Part shown: positions 19,080 to 28,703 of the stretch, one piece after another
How positions within the stretch are numbered: position 1 is the first letter of the stretch
How the letters are laid out: every line of letters starts with the position of its first letter
Origin: an uncultured Desulfosarcinaceae bacterium
GTDB lineage: Bacteria > Desulfobacterota > Desulfobacteria > Desulfobacterales > JAFDCJ01
Direction of reading: 5' to 3'
Assembly: GCA_964527835.1 (NCBI GenBank)
Contig: CAZGNV010000004.1
Coordinates: 40,079 to 104,078 of the forward strand
DNA length: 64,000 nt
Program-made: the position numbers and the translations under genes
The notes under the pieces: generated by a model
The model's database searches: none
Told to the model about the DNA's origin: nothing
The model's input: the letters and a program-made list of their open reading frames with translations, nothing else

Positions 19080-19284
19080 GTGAATTGACCGGCGCATGAT
19101 ATTTTCTGCAAACCGGTATGAAACTATTTTTCAGCAGCGTGTCCCTTGTTTGGGATGAGGCCCAATCAGTTGCTAAATTGAATCGGTCCCGTGCCATTCA
19201 TCCCAAACAAGGGACACTGCGAAAATAAGGTGTTGCTGAGTATTATACCGGTTTGCAGAAAACACCATCCCCCGGCCAATTCAC
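19080..19284. repeat. About 205-bp nested palindrome (MITE/REPIN-like)
   Basis: Arms GTGAATTGACCGG / CCGGCCAATTCAC, TTTTCTGCAAACCGGTAT / ATACCGGTTTGCAGAAAA and a perfect 20-bp GTGTCCCTTGTTTGGGATGA / TCATCCCAAACAAGGGACAC. Confidence 0.85.
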
Positions 19285-19414
19285 GTCGTTTAATGTCTCC
19301 TGTTGTATTGGCCATTTGTTTATGTGAAACTTTAGTCAGTTGTTGCACTATGCGGTTCGAAGTTACCCGCAAGAACCCGGCAAGTTATACGGCCGTACTA
19401 TTTAAGAGTCATCA

Positions 19415-19762
19415 ATGAGCCTCATCGATCGCTTTTGTAAAACTGAATATGTCCGTTCCGCGCTGGCAGACAAAGCCGATTTGAGCGCTTTTAAAGAAAA
19501 GCCCACGCTGCGCATCATTGTCGGCGTGGCAGCCATCGGCTTGAGCTATGTCATCGGTTGGCCAGCGATCAGCGCTCTGGGGGCCCTGGCGGTTTATGTG
19601 AACAAGCCCCTGCTGCTGGTCATCGGCGGTCCCATGCTCTACGGGCTGTCCCACCTGGTGTTTATCTTCGGCATGTATCTTGCCGGCGCGAAATACACCA
19701 AAATCTTTCTGCGCTGGGCCACCCGGGTGGCCGTTGAACGCTGGATGCGCAAAACCTCCTGA
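19415..19762 (+). CDS. Small hypothetical membrane protein
   Basis: 115 aa with 2-3 hydrophobic segments; fills a gap not covered by other genes. Confidence 0.6.
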   Translation: MSLIDRFCKTEYVRSALADKADLSAFKEKPTLRIIVGVAAIGLSYVIGWPAISALGALAVYVNKPLLLVIGGPMLYGLSHLVFIFGMYLAGAKYTKIFLRWATRVAVERWMRKTS

Positions 19763-19785
19763 ACCCCACCAAGACCCTCCGGGCG

Positions 19786-20367
19786 TCAGATGCCGGGTTT
19801 TTTCCATTGCCGGATCTGTTCACCGATGTTGGGTCTATGGGCCCAGTAAATCAGCGCCACGGTGGCCAGCACCCCGGCGGCTGCCGTTGGATGAAAGCTG
19901 CAGGCAGCCATGGTTCCAGTTCCCAGCAAAGCCACCATGGCCAGCGAGCCGAGAAAAGGCAGCCGGCAAACAGCGAAGACCGCCAGCCACGCCATCACGC
20001 CGGCGCCCGCCCAAAGCGGGGTTAACGCCAGGGTAAAGCCCAGGTAATTGGCCACGCCCTTGCCGCCGCGAAAGCCGTGAAAGCAGGGAAAACGGTTTCC
20101 CGCAATCAACGCCAGACCGGCCCAGGGAACGAGTTGCATCTTCAACAGCTTGAGGCAGATCAGCGCCACGGCCACGGCCCGGCCCATATCCAAAAGCAGG
20201 ATGAGCACCGCCCAGACCATCCCGAGCTGGCGGTAGACATTGGTGGCCCCGGGATTTTTGCTGAAAGCGTCGCGCGGGTCGCCTTTTTTAAGGATCCTGA
20301 AAAGCAGAATCGAAAAATTGATCGAACCGGCCAGGTAGGCGACGGCGAGCAGGGCACTAAGGCGCAA
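19786..20367 (-). CDS. plsY: Acyl-phosphate:glycerol-3-phosphate acyltransferase
   Basis: AYLAGSINF, SKNPGATNVYR, LLDMGRA, FRGGKGVAN, AHRPNI; TTG start at 20367 behind AAGGAG. Confidence 0.88.
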   Translation of the reverse strand: MRLSALLAVAYLAGSINFSILLFRILKKGDPRDAFSKNPGATNVYRQLGMVWAVLILLLDMGRAVAVALICLKLLKMQLVPWAGLALIAGNRFPCFHGFRGGKGVANYLGFTLALTPLWAGAGVMAWLAVFAVCRLPFLGSLAMVALLGTGTMAACSFHPTAAAGVLATVALIYWAHRPNIGEQIRQWKKPGI

Positions 20368-21253
20368 TGAAAACTCCTTTCTGATGGTCGGCCGCCATCC
20401 AGCCCGGTGGTTTGAGCCGGCCGGCGCTGACATCGCGCATGTGCACACCGGATGCGATTTCAAAAAGAGTCCCGTCGCGGTCATAGATATGGATGTCAAA
20501 CACCAGCAGATCCGGGCTAACCTTGACAGGCGTAATCCGGCAGCTGCAGGTTTGGCCGGCGCCGGTGGGTTTGAAGACCACCCGCTGCTCAAACCCTACC
20601 GGAAAGGCAACAATGCCAGCGTAGCGCTGCCCCCAGACACAGGCGGCATGAAAGGCGGCATCCAGGGCAAAGGGCGAACCCAGCTCCCCCACAGGCCCGG
20701 CATCTGCCTGCGCGGCCGGCAGCGCGATTCGGGCCCGGGCACCGTCGCGAGCAAGTTGAACTCCATCGCGGATGTTGTGATAGGCTGGACCAAAGGGCAC
20801 CAGCTCCCGGTAGATGACATCCGCGGGGATCTCAGCACACTGGCCCTCCAGAGCAGTGCGCGGTTGTACCGGTGGCCGGGGAGCATCCGGTTTTGTTCCT
20901 GGAAAACAGCAGCTTGCGTGTTTCTTGATGCGGGTGATGGCGACCTTGGGGGCCCGGCTGCGGGTCAGCAGTCCGGCGGTGATCTCTCCGCTGGCATGTA
21001 CGGCCAGATCGACTTGGACGTCGATTTGACGGGCAGCGGGTTTGATGTCCAAAAACTTGTCAAAACGGGCCGCCGTCATCCAGCCGATGGTTGTGTCCGG
21101 TCGAAATTTCCTGACAGCCGCCGCCAGCACCTGCACCGCCTCCACCGCGGGCAATACGGCCCGGCCTTCAAAACAGTGATCCGCGAAGTGGGGATGCACG
21201 TCAATTTTCATGGTCAGACGGGCCGTATCCGTTATTTGGGAAAGATGCTCCAT
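20357..21253 (-). CDS. Double-hotdog polyketide-type dehydratase
   Basis: HPHFADHCFEGRAVLPAV, YRELVPFGPAY, LDAAFHAACVW. Confidence 0.75.
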   Translation of the reverse strand: MEHLSQITDTARLTMKIDVHPHFADHCFEGRAVLPAVEAVQVLAAAVRKFRPDTTIGWMTAARFDKFLDIKPAARQIDVQVDLAVHASGEITAGLLTRSRAPKVAITRIKKHASCCFPGTKPDAPRPPVQPRTALEGQCAEIPADVIYRELVPFGPAYHNIRDGVQLARDGARARIALPAAQADAGPVGELGSPFALDAAFHAACVWGQRYAGIVAFPVGFEQRVVFKPTGAGQTCSCRITPVKVSPDLLVFDIHIYDRDGTLFEIASGVHMRDVSAGRLKPPGWMAADHQKGVFIAP

Positions 21254-21711
21254 AGATGGGCCGTTTTTTCGTCGACCTGCACCGGGATGCCGGAGGCGTT
21301 GATGGCGCAGTGGCGGGTGAATCCATGGCAGACGATTTCGCCGGTCTGTTCATGGGTGATGACGTAATCAAAGCGCAACCGGACCCGCTCCAGCTGTGAA
21401 GGCCGGGTGTAAATGCAGATCGCATCATCGTAATACAGCGGGCGGTAATAGGTGACGCCGATTTCAATAACCGGATAGACATAGCCGCTTTCTTCAATTT
21501 CGCGGTAGGGATAGGCCGCATCGCGCATCAAAGACGCCCGGCCGAATTCGAAGTAACGCAGATAGTTGGCATGGTAGACCACCTGGGAGCGGTCTGTGTC
21601 GGCATACAGCGTGCGGTGTTGGCAGCGGTGCCAGACCAACCCGTCCGTGGTGTTTCTCACGTAGCGCTCATCACCGTCAAGGATGACGGGCACGAAAGGC
21701 TGCGGTTTCAC
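21232..21711 (-). CDS. Acyl-CoA/ACP thioesterase (YbgC/4HBT hotdog)
   Basis: LYADTDRSQVVYHANYLRYFEFGR; GTG start at 21711. Confidence 0.86.
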   Translation of the reverse strand: MKPQPFVPVILDGDERYVRNTTDGLVWHRCQHRTLYADTDRSQVVYHANYLRYFEFGRASLMRDAAYPYREIEESGYVYPVIEIGVTYYRPLYYDDAICIYTRPSQLERVRLRFDYVITHEQTGEIVCHGFTRHCAINASGIPVQVDEKTAHLWSIFPK

Positions 21712-21712
21712 G

Positions 21713-22978
21713 TTACACCCCTTTGAATACAATACAGCAGTTGGTTCCGCCGAAGCCGAAGGCATTCGAAAGCACAAATTCACACCGGTGCCGGCGGGTG
21801 ACATTCGGAACGACGTCGATATCGGCAAATTCCGGGTCCGGAATATGGTTGATCGTGGGCAGAACCAGACCCTGGGCCATGGCCTCGATGCTCAGGGCCG
21901 CCTCGATGGCAGCCGAAGCGCCCAGGGTATGCCCGATCTGGGACTTGTTGGAGGAAACCGGAATTTTTTCGATCCCGCGGCCGAATACCGTCCGCAGGCA
22001 CTGCACCTCGGTGGCATCTCCCTTGGGCGTCGATGTCCCGTGGGCGTTGACATAATCAATGTCCGCCGGCTGCAGGCCCGCATCGTCGATGGCCTCATTT
22101 ATCGCACGCACGATGGTCTCGGCATTGGGCCGGGTAAAATGAAAGGCATCCGAGGTCCAGCCGACGCCCAGCACCTCGGCCCGGGGAGTCAGCCCGTAGG
22201 CCGTCAGGCGGTCTTCGGCGGCCAGCACTACCACCCCGGCGCCTTCGGAAAGCACAATCCCCTTGCGGTCGATGGAAAACGGCCGGCAGGCCTGGGTTGG
22301 ATCGTCGAAAGCCCGGTCTGCAGGCCCTACACTGATCGTGGCCAGCATGTTGGCAAACCCCTGGATGATTTCAGGGATCAGACAGGTGTCCACCCCGCCG
22401 GCCAGGACAAAGTCGCAATCCCCGTCGCGGATCATGCGCGCGCCGATGCCGATGGCGTGATTGCCGGACGCGCAGGCCCCCTGGGGGGAAAAAATCGGGC
22501 CCGTAAAGCCCAGCAGCATGCCGGCTTTGCCCGCCGGCAGGTTGGCGCACAGGTTGGGCAGCAGGTAGGGACTGACTTTCAGCGGTCCCCGGTTGACATA
22601 ATTGTCCATGGCGATGCGATATGCATCGGTGCCGTTGAGGGCCGATCCGATCAGACAGGCGGTGCGCGGTGCGGTATCGGCATTGATTTCAAGCCCGGCA
22701 TGGTTCAGGGCCTCCTTGCAGACGGCAATGGTCAGAAATACATAATCCGCATTCCAGTTGTAGGCTTCCTTGGCGTCAATAAAATCCAGGGTTGCAGGAT
22801 TCCAGTCCGGGATTTCGCCGACGATGTTGGCGCGGGTATCCATCTGGCAGCGGGTCAGCCGGCGAAAACCGGCCTGCCCTTCAACGGCGTGCCGCCATGT
22901 CTTTTCAAAGGTGGCCCCCAGGGGGGTGGCCGCACCGTAGCCCACGATAAATACGCGCCTGTTTTTTGGAGTTTTCAT
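21713..22978 (-). CDS. fabF: Beta-ketoacyl-ACP synthase II-like
   Basis: GACASGNHAIG, NAHGTST, KSQIGHTLGA, NAFGFGG; start moved to ATG 22978 because the longer ORF runs through a MITE. Confidence 0.9.
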   Translation of the reverse strand: MKTPKNRRVFIVGYGAATPLGATFEKTWRHAVEGQAGFRRLTRCQMDTRANIVGEIPDWNPATLDFIDAKEAYNWNADYVFLTIAVCKEALNHAGLEINADTAPRTACLIGSALNGTDAYRIAMDNYVNRGPLKVSPYLLPNLCANLPAGKAGMLLGFTGPIFSPQGACASGNHAIGIGARMIRDGDCDFVLAGGVDTCLIPEIIQGFANMLATISVGPADRAFDDPTQACRPFSIDRKGIVLSEGAGVVVLAAEDRLTAYGLTPRAEVLGVGWTSDAFHFTRPNAETIVRAINEAIDDAGLQPADIDYVNAHGTSTPKGDATEVQCLRTVFGRGIEKIPVSSNKSQIGHTLGASAAIEAALSIEAMAQGLVLPTINHIPDPEFADIDVVPNVTRRHRCEFVLSNAFGFGGTNCCIVFKGV

Positions 22979-22983
22979 AATTT

Positions 22984-23194
22984 TGATGAAGTCGCAAAAA
23001 GTCCAATTTTTCGCTCCGCAAGCCTTTTCGGGAGCTGTTGCGGGTTTCGCTATCCACCTGAGGCGGACAAGAATTCGTTTCAAGAACTCGTCGCAAGCTC
23101 CTCAAACAGCTTGCGATTTTAACGCTCAACCCTCACAGCTCTTTCTCCGAAAAGGGTTGATGTCGCTCAAAATTAACTTTTTACGATTGCGTCA
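22984..23194. mobile_element. MITE-like element between two KS genes
   Basis: Imperfect TIRs TGATGAAGTCGCAAAAAGTC / AACTTTTTACGATTGCGTCA (15/20); flanking direct repeat TAATTT (22978-83, 23195-200); internal inverted repeat CCTTTTCGG..GAGCTGT. Confidence 0.72.
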
Positions 23195-23225
23195 TAATTT
23201 AGGTCTCGCAAGCGCCGTAGCAAAA

Positions 23226-24482
23226 CTATGCCAAGCGATGCAAAACGATGCAAGCATTGCAGCCGCCGAAGCCGAAGGAATTTTTAAGGACATATTCCTG
23301 CTCCAGCTTACGGGCCCCTTCAGGAACACAGTCCAGCTCCAGTTCCGGGTCGGCGGTGTAATTAATCGTCGGCAGCGCAACCTCCCGGCGCATGCCTTCC
23401 ATGGCAAATATGGCCTCGATGGCGCTGGAGGCGCCCATGGCATGGCCGATCTGCGATTTGTTGGCCGTCACCGGCGGAATCGCATTTTTGAAGACGGCCC
23501 GCAGGGCTTCGTATTCCACCCGGTCACCGATTTTGGTGGAAGTGGCATGGGCATTGACGGCGGCGATATCATGCGCTGATATGCCCGCGTTGTCAATAGC
23601 GGCGGCCATGCAGGCGGTAACGGTTTTCATGTTGGGGGCCACGAAATGATGGGCATCCGCGGTCATGCCCCAGCCGGCCAGCTCGATGGAGCTGTCCAAG
23701 CCGTGGGCGGCGGCAAATTCCCGGGTGGTGATAATCATGCAGCCCGCCCCTTCGGAAACCACAAATCCCCTGCGGTCAACGGAAAACGGCCGGCTGGCCC
23801 GCTCGGGGGGCTCCTGCGGGCCAGCCGGCATTTGCTGGTAAGCCCCGTTCATGGTGGCAAAACCGGCCACGATGGGCTCCACCAGGGCAAAATCAACGGC
23901 CCCGCAAAGGGCCACATCGGCCTGACCCAGTTCAAGCAGCATGGCGCCGAAAATCAGCGAGGAAACTCCGGTGGCGCAGGCCGTCACCGGGGCGGCGATG
24001 GGGCCGGTGGCGCCGGTTAGAATGGATATTTTGCCCCCCACCATGTTGATGCACGAGTTGGGGTTGACATAGGGGGGCGGCAGGCGGTTTTCGGCGATCA
24101 TGCGCCGATCGGCCTTGAGCACCGCATCCTGGCCCCCCACGGCGGAGCTGAAGGTGACGGCCACCCGGGGGGCGAGTGCCGGGGTAATTTCGATGCCGCT
24201 TTTGGCCAGGGCGCGATGGACCACCAGCATGGCATACCTGAAAATCGGAGACGGCCACAGGGCCAGGCTGCGCGGGCTTAAAAAGGGATAGGGTCCGGGG
24301 TCGACATCGTCCACCTGGCCGGCGATGGTGACCGGAAAGCCGTCGGTAATTGCAAAACGGGTCAGCGGCCCGATGCCGCTTTCGCCGTTGAGAGCACGGG
24401 TCCACTGGGTCTGCATGTCGATGCCCAGCGGGGATACGGCGTCATAGGCGATGATCAGGGGTTTGTTGGATGCTGCCGGCAT
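23226..24482 (-). CDS. fabF: Beta-ketoacyl-ACP synthase II-like
   Basis: TACATG, NAHATST, KSQIGHAMGA, NSFGFGG. Confidence 0.9.
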   Translation of the reverse strand: MPAASNKPLIIAYDAVSPLGIDMQTQWTRALNGESGIGPLTRFAITDGFPVTIAGQVDDVDPGPYPFLSPRSLALWPSPIFRYAMLVVHRALAKSGIEITPALAPRVAVTFSSAVGGQDAVLKADRRMIAENRLPPPYVNPNSCINMVGGKISILTGATGPIAAPVTACATGVSSLIFGAMLLELGQADVALCGAVDFALVEPIVAGFATMNGAYQQMPAGPQEPPERASRPFSVDRRGFVVSEGAGCMIITTREFAAAHGLDSSIELAGWGMTADAHHFVAPNMKTVTACMAAAIDNAGISAHDIAAVNAHATSTKIGDRVEYEALRAVFKNAIPPVTANKSQIGHAMGASSAIEAIFAMEGMRREVALPTINYTADPELELDCVPEGARKLEQEYVLKNSFGFGGCNACIVLHRLA

Positions 24483-24521
24483 CAGACTCTTCCATCAGGC
24501 ATTGTTCGCCATGTTGAAGTT

Positions 24522-25520
24522 TTACCACGGAATAAACTGGTACAGCTTGGCAAACATCTCGTAGACTTCAATCCAGTTCTGGAGATCCCGGGTTGTGCGG
24601 ATGTGGGCCCGTTTGTTGACCATCACCCAGCTCATGTGGGCCGCTCCGTCCTTGCAGCTCGAACAGTCCCGGGTTTCGGAAGTACAACAGCGGTGCATGG
24701 TTTTCAGGTCGGAGGCCCAGCGGATAAACTCGATCAGGCGTTTGGGCCGCGGCTCGCGGTTGTCCAGCGGCTGGGTGACCGAAGGGCATTCGTTCCAGCC
24801 GAAGCTGCGGCCCAGCATTTTGCCGGTGGTGATGATTTCATGATAATATTTGGAGGAAATGACCGTATCCGGGTAGCGGTCCAGCATGGCATCCATTTCA
24901 AGCCGGATGGCCTCGAGCTGCTCAGGTTGCCAGCTGAATCCGTCCACCCCTTCATCGTTGGACAGCAGCTGCATGTGGACTTTGAGCCCGGCATCTCTTA
25001 TTTTGCCGATAACGCGTTCGGTTTTGCCGATTTGCCTGGGGGTCAGGGTATAAAGGTAATAGACATTCGGGTCCCCCGCATAGTTTTTACTCGAGATGCT
25101 GAAGGTGTCCCTGCCCCTGAGAATTTTCTCATCGTTTTCATCGCCCCACAGGGAAATGCCCAGCATCAAATCCGGAAACCGCTCCCGCGGTATTTTGATC
25201 AGGCCGTTGGTGGCGCAAAAAGACGGCAGCCGCCGGTAAAAAGCCTCCACCCGGTCCAGGTGCAGGGTGGGTTCTCCGCCGATCAGGATGGCCAGGTTGA
25301 CCCCGCGCTGTTTTTCACGGTCGACGAAGGCCTCCCATTTTTTGATATCCTTCTCTTCGGCGGCCGCCTTGTCCTCACCCGAGGAAAAAAAGAAGCAGCC
25401 CTTGCAGCGCAGGTTGCATTGATTGGTGACATCGTAGATCGAGCTGCGGATATTGAGCTTCGAAATTCGCTTGTAACGCTGGTACCACTGGGGGTCCAGC
25501 AGGGAGCTTACCGTGATCAT
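24522..25520 (-). CDS. Radical SAM protein (paralog A)
   Basis: CNLRCKGC, GGEPTL, C-terminal CC-x6-C-x2-C; start moved to ATG 25520. Confidence 0.88.
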   Translation of the reverse strand: MITVSSLLDPQWYQRYKRISKLNIRSSIYDVTNQCNLRCKGCFFFSSGEDKAAAEEKDIKKWEAFVDREKQRGVNLAILIGGEPTLHLDRVEAFYRRLPSFCATNGLIKIPRERFPDLMLGISLWGDENDEKILRGRDTFSISSKNYAGDPNVYYLYTLTPRQIGKTERVIGKIRDAGLKVHMQLLSNDEGVDGFSWQPEQLEAIRLEMDAMLDRYPDTVISSKYYHEIITTGKMLGRSFGWNECPSVTQPLDNREPRPKRLIEFIRWASDLKTMHRCCTSETRDCSSCKDGAAHMSWVMVNKRAHIRTTRDLQNWIEVYEMFAKLYQFIPW

Positions 25521-25522
25521 CG

Positions 25523-26620
25523 TCAAAAAACCTCGTGGCCGGGGGGCGCTGTCGGTTGTTGGCACAGGTTTTCCCCCTTTTCATATCCCATCACCCACAC
25601 GGCCAGGTACGTGTCGACATAGTCCAGCCAGGCCCTGAACGTATCCGGAGTCGAGGCGTGGCGAAACAGCCGGGCGGTGACCACCGCGCTGCCGGCCGCA
25701 TAATGCCGGCAGTCGGCACAGTCGGTGTCCGGCACACAGCAGGCCACGTCCCGGTCCCATGTCAGGTCCGCGCGGTACTGCCGGAAAGAGCGCCCCAGGC
25801 CGATGGCGGTAGACGGGTTCATCCGGGGATAGGAGCAGCCATACAATTCATGCAATCCGCGCCGGTGGGTGTGGGCCACCGCGTTGTAGGCTGAAAACAG
25901 TATGGTTTCAGGAAACTGCGACAGCAGCTCGAGCATGACTTTGCGGGTTTGTCCCAGGGAGGCCGGGGTATGGCGCAGGTCACCGTCGTAGTCCACCGGC
26001 GCAGAGAACATGTTGAAGGTCAGCCGGCAGCCGTGGTCGGCCAGGATTTGGGCCACCTCGCCGGCCTGGTCGATGTTGTCCCGGGTAAAGGTGTAAACAA
26101 AAACCGCCCGCGGATCGTGGCGATAATTTTTCACCTGCCGGGCCAGCATGTTGTCGGCCCGGCGGATTTTCAGGCTGGTTTCGTCATTTCCCCAGACCGA
26201 GATGTGAATTTTGTAGTTGACCGCTGCCGGGATGAACTTCAGTCCGTTGGTGGCAATCGCCCCCAGGGGCATTTGCTGAAAACAGACTTCACAAAGCTCG
26301 GAAACCATGGAAGGCTCGGCCCCGGCCAGCACGACATAGGTGATGCCCCTTTGCTTTTCAGCCTCCATGAGCCTGCGCCAGGACTGCGGATCCCTGTTTT
26401 CCCGGGCGAACTGCTTTTCGCCTTCGTAATAGTAGCAGCCCTGGCAGCGGATATTGCAGCGGTTGGTCATGTCATAGGTGGATTCACGCAGAAAAAAATA
26501 CTGGCGGACTTTTTCCCAGCGCTGCCGGATTTGCGGATCGGCCAGGATTTCTGAAAATTTCCACTGCTTGCCGGGGGTGGTTTTTGTGCTGCCGCCGGAA
26601 GTCGTTTTCAAGGTGTCCAT
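25523..26620 (-). CDS. Radical SAM protein (paralog B)
   Basis: CNIRCQGC, GAEPS, C-terminal CC-x5-C-x2-C. Confidence 0.88.
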   Translation of the reverse strand: MDTLKTTSGGSTKTTPGKQWKFSEILADPQIRQRWEKVRQYFFLRESTYDMTNRCNIRCQGCYYYEGEKQFARENRDPQSWRRLMEAEKQRGITYVVLAGAEPSMVSELCEVCFQQMPLGAIATNGLKFIPAAVNYKIHISVWGNDETSLKIRRADNMLARQVKNYRHDPRAVFVYTFTRDNIDQAGEVAQILADHGCRLTFNMFSAPVDYDGDLRHTPASLGQTRKVMLELLSQFPETILFSAYNAVAHTHRRGLHELYGCSYPRMNPSTAIGLGRSFRQYRADLTWDRDVACCVPDTDCADCRHYAAGSAVVTARLFRHASTPDTFRAWLDYVDTYLAVWVMGYEKGENLCQQPTAPPGHEVF

Positions 26621-26640
26621 CTTTGTCTTGCCCGCCGGAG

Positions 26641-26919
26641 CTAGGCGTCGGCTGCCTGCGTCAGTTTGTTGGCGATATATTCGGAAATCAGCCGCACACT
26701 GGTCAGTTTGGGATAATCGTCCTCATCGATTCGAATGGCGTATTCGTCGCGCAGCACAAGGGCCACCGTGGCCAGGTCCATGCTGTCGATGCCCACCTCG
26801 TCAATCAGGTCGATGTCCGGGTCAAAGGTTTGGGGGGTCACATCCTCCAGTTTGAGTTCGGCGATCATGATTTGCGCTACGTGCAGAATGATTTTTTCAA
26901 CATCCGGTGCTGTCGACAT
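26641..26919 (-). CDS. Acyl carrier protein 1
   Basis: Acidic 92 aa, GIDSMD phosphopantetheine site. Confidence 0.9.
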   Translation of the reverse strand: MSTAPDVEKIILHVAQIMIAELKLEDVTPQTFDPDIDLIDEVGIDSMDLATVALVLRDEYAIRIDEDDYPKLTSVRLISEYIANKLTQAADA

Positions 26920-26934
26920 TCGGATTTTTCTCCT

Positions 26935-27309
26935 TTAGCTGCCGGGTCCATCCCGGTTTTCAACGGTTATGATGCCGCTGCAGGCCAGCTCTTCTGCAGC
27001 CATGATACGAAAGGAAAACGAGCCGGGCTTTTTTTCCCGGGCGGCCGCAAAAATGTGCAGGCGGTCATCGGGACCGATGCGCTGCTTGAACCGGATCCGC
27101 GAAACACTGGCAATTTTCAGCGCTGATTCGCCGGCCTGATCAATGGCGTCAAACACCATTGCCAGCTGGGCGATGCCCGGAAGAACCGGCGCTTGCGGGA
27201 AATGTCCGCAAAACCAGGCCGAATCCGGCGGGATGTGAACATCGGCGCGGATTTCCCCTGATTGGGACCGGCTGACGTTGGTTAGCGTATGCCATGACAT
27301 AAAATTCAA
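26935..27309 (-). CDS. FabA/FabZ-like hotdog dehydratase (ApeI-like)
   Basis: WFCGHFPQAPVLPGIAQL, RIRFKQRIGP. Confidence 0.82.
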   Translation of the reverse strand: MNFMSWHTLTNVSRSQSGEIRADVHIPPDSAWFCGHFPQAPVLPGIAQLAMVFDAIDQAGESALKIASVSRIRFKQRIGPDDRLHIFAAAREKKPGSFSFRIMAAEELACSGIITVENRDGPGS

Positions 27310-27353
27310 ATTTAAACGAAATCAATCCAATATTCAAGCCCAAAAAGCGCATC

Positions 27354-28703
27354 TCAGCGGATAAGGTATTCCCACAGCGGTCCACTGTGCCCCCGCCGGT
27401 AAAGCCTGGCAATGATTGCGGCGGTTTGCTCCCCGCCGGCGCCGATGACCCAGTTCGGCCGCGTATGCGCCTGTTTTTCAACCCGTTGCACCAGTTGTCG
27501 GGAATCGATGGCAGGGGAGCGGTAAAAAACGGGTTCCAGGATGTTGCGATCCATTGACAGCTGGCCTTCGGCCACTGCCAGATCATATAGTGCCGTGTGC
27601 GGATAGATGCGCATGCCGCAAAAGAAAAACAGCACACAGCGCTGCAAACTTTCGGCATTGATCATGGTTTCGTCGAAGGTCGCGGCCGTTTCCCCGGGGC
27701 CGCCCAGCAGCAGGTAGTGGGCCACGTAGAGCCCGGCACTGTTGGCCGCCTGGTGGGCTTCGAAGACCTCTTCTGTCCGAAACGGCTTGCGGTAGGCGGC
27801 CAGGACCGGGTCTGCCAGGGATTCCGTGCCGAATTCCACGTGGGTCAGCCCGGCGTCGGCCAGGATTTCAAAATAATGATCCGGCATCGGCAGGGGCGCA
27901 AAAAACGCGCCCCAGGGCATGGCAACCCCGGCTTTTTTAAATGCCCTGGCCACCGCCAGACTGTGGTCGCAATCGGCGTTGAACACCGAATCGGTAACAA
28001 ACAAATACTTCGCCCCGGCCCTTTGAAGCGCCAGGGCGGTAGCGGCCGCCTCATTCGGATCCACCCGGCGCAGGTGACGGCCCTCGATGTGCGGATAGGT
28101 GCAGTAGATACAGTTGAAGCGGCACCCCCTTTGGGTCTGCAGGTTCAGCATGCCTCCGTTTTGCAGATAAAAGGACAGGTGGGAATTACCGGCGCGAAAA
28201 CGGCGCTGGATCGCTCCCCCCCAGGGCGCCGGGAACACCGCGGGGCTGCGGGGGCTAACAATTCCGGCAATTTGAGCCGGATCTTCCCCTGTTTCAAAGG
28301 CCTGCAGCAGTCGTGCGAGCCGCTCTCCTTCGCCGATGACGCCGTAATCGGCTTTCAGCGCCTGCATGGCCTGCTCCGGAAAGATGGTAAATCCGCTGCC
28401 GCCGAGAACCAGCAGGGCCTTGGATTGTTTGCGGATCACGTCTGCAATTTCACGGTAATGGTCGAAAAACCCCTTCGGGTCCGTGGTGTCCGTGTTGTCG
28501 ATGTTGCGCAGGGCAAGGCCAACGACCGCCGGCGAAAATTGGCGGATCAAATCCTGCAGCGCATCGCAGCCGCCCAGGCTGTTCATGTCCGCGATCTGCA
28601 CCTCGTGATCCGGTTCCAGGGCCCCGGCCACGTAGTCGATGCCCAGGGGGTAGACCGGGTACGGTTCCGTCAGTATATTGGCCGATACCAGCAGCACTTT
28701 CAT
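27354..28703 (-). CDS. Lipid-biosynthesis B12-binding radical SAM protein (ladderane-cluster-associated type)
   Basis: MKVLLVSAN..EPYPVYPLG, LRNIDN, LGGSGF, QRGCRFNCIYC. Confidence 0.88.
   Translation of the reverse strand: MKVLLVSANILTEPYPVYPLGIDYVAGALEPDHEVQIADMNSLGGCDALQDLIRQFSPAVVGLALRNIDNTDTTDPKGFFDHYREIADVIRKQSKALLVLGGSGFTIFPEQAMQALKADYGVIGEGERLARLLQAFETGEDPAQIAGIVSPRSPAVFPAPWGGAIQRRFRAGNSHLSFYLQNGGMLNLQTQRGCRFNCIYCTYPHIEGRHLRRVDPNEAAATALALQRAGAKYLFVTDSVFNADCDHSLAVARAFKKAGVAMPWGAFFAPLPMPDHYFEILADAGLTHVEFGTESLADPVLAAYRKPFRTEEVFEAHQAANSAGLYVAHYLLLGGPGETAATFDETMINAESLQRCVLFFFCGMRIYPHTALYDLAVAEGQLSMDRNILEPVFYRSPAIDSRQLVQRVEKQAHTRPNWVIGAGGEQTAAIIARLYRRGHSGPLWEYLIR

Noticed and set aside
22979-23083. 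N-terminal extension of the KS ORF to 23083
   Set aside because: The extension translates MITE sequence; family similarity starts at ATG 22978
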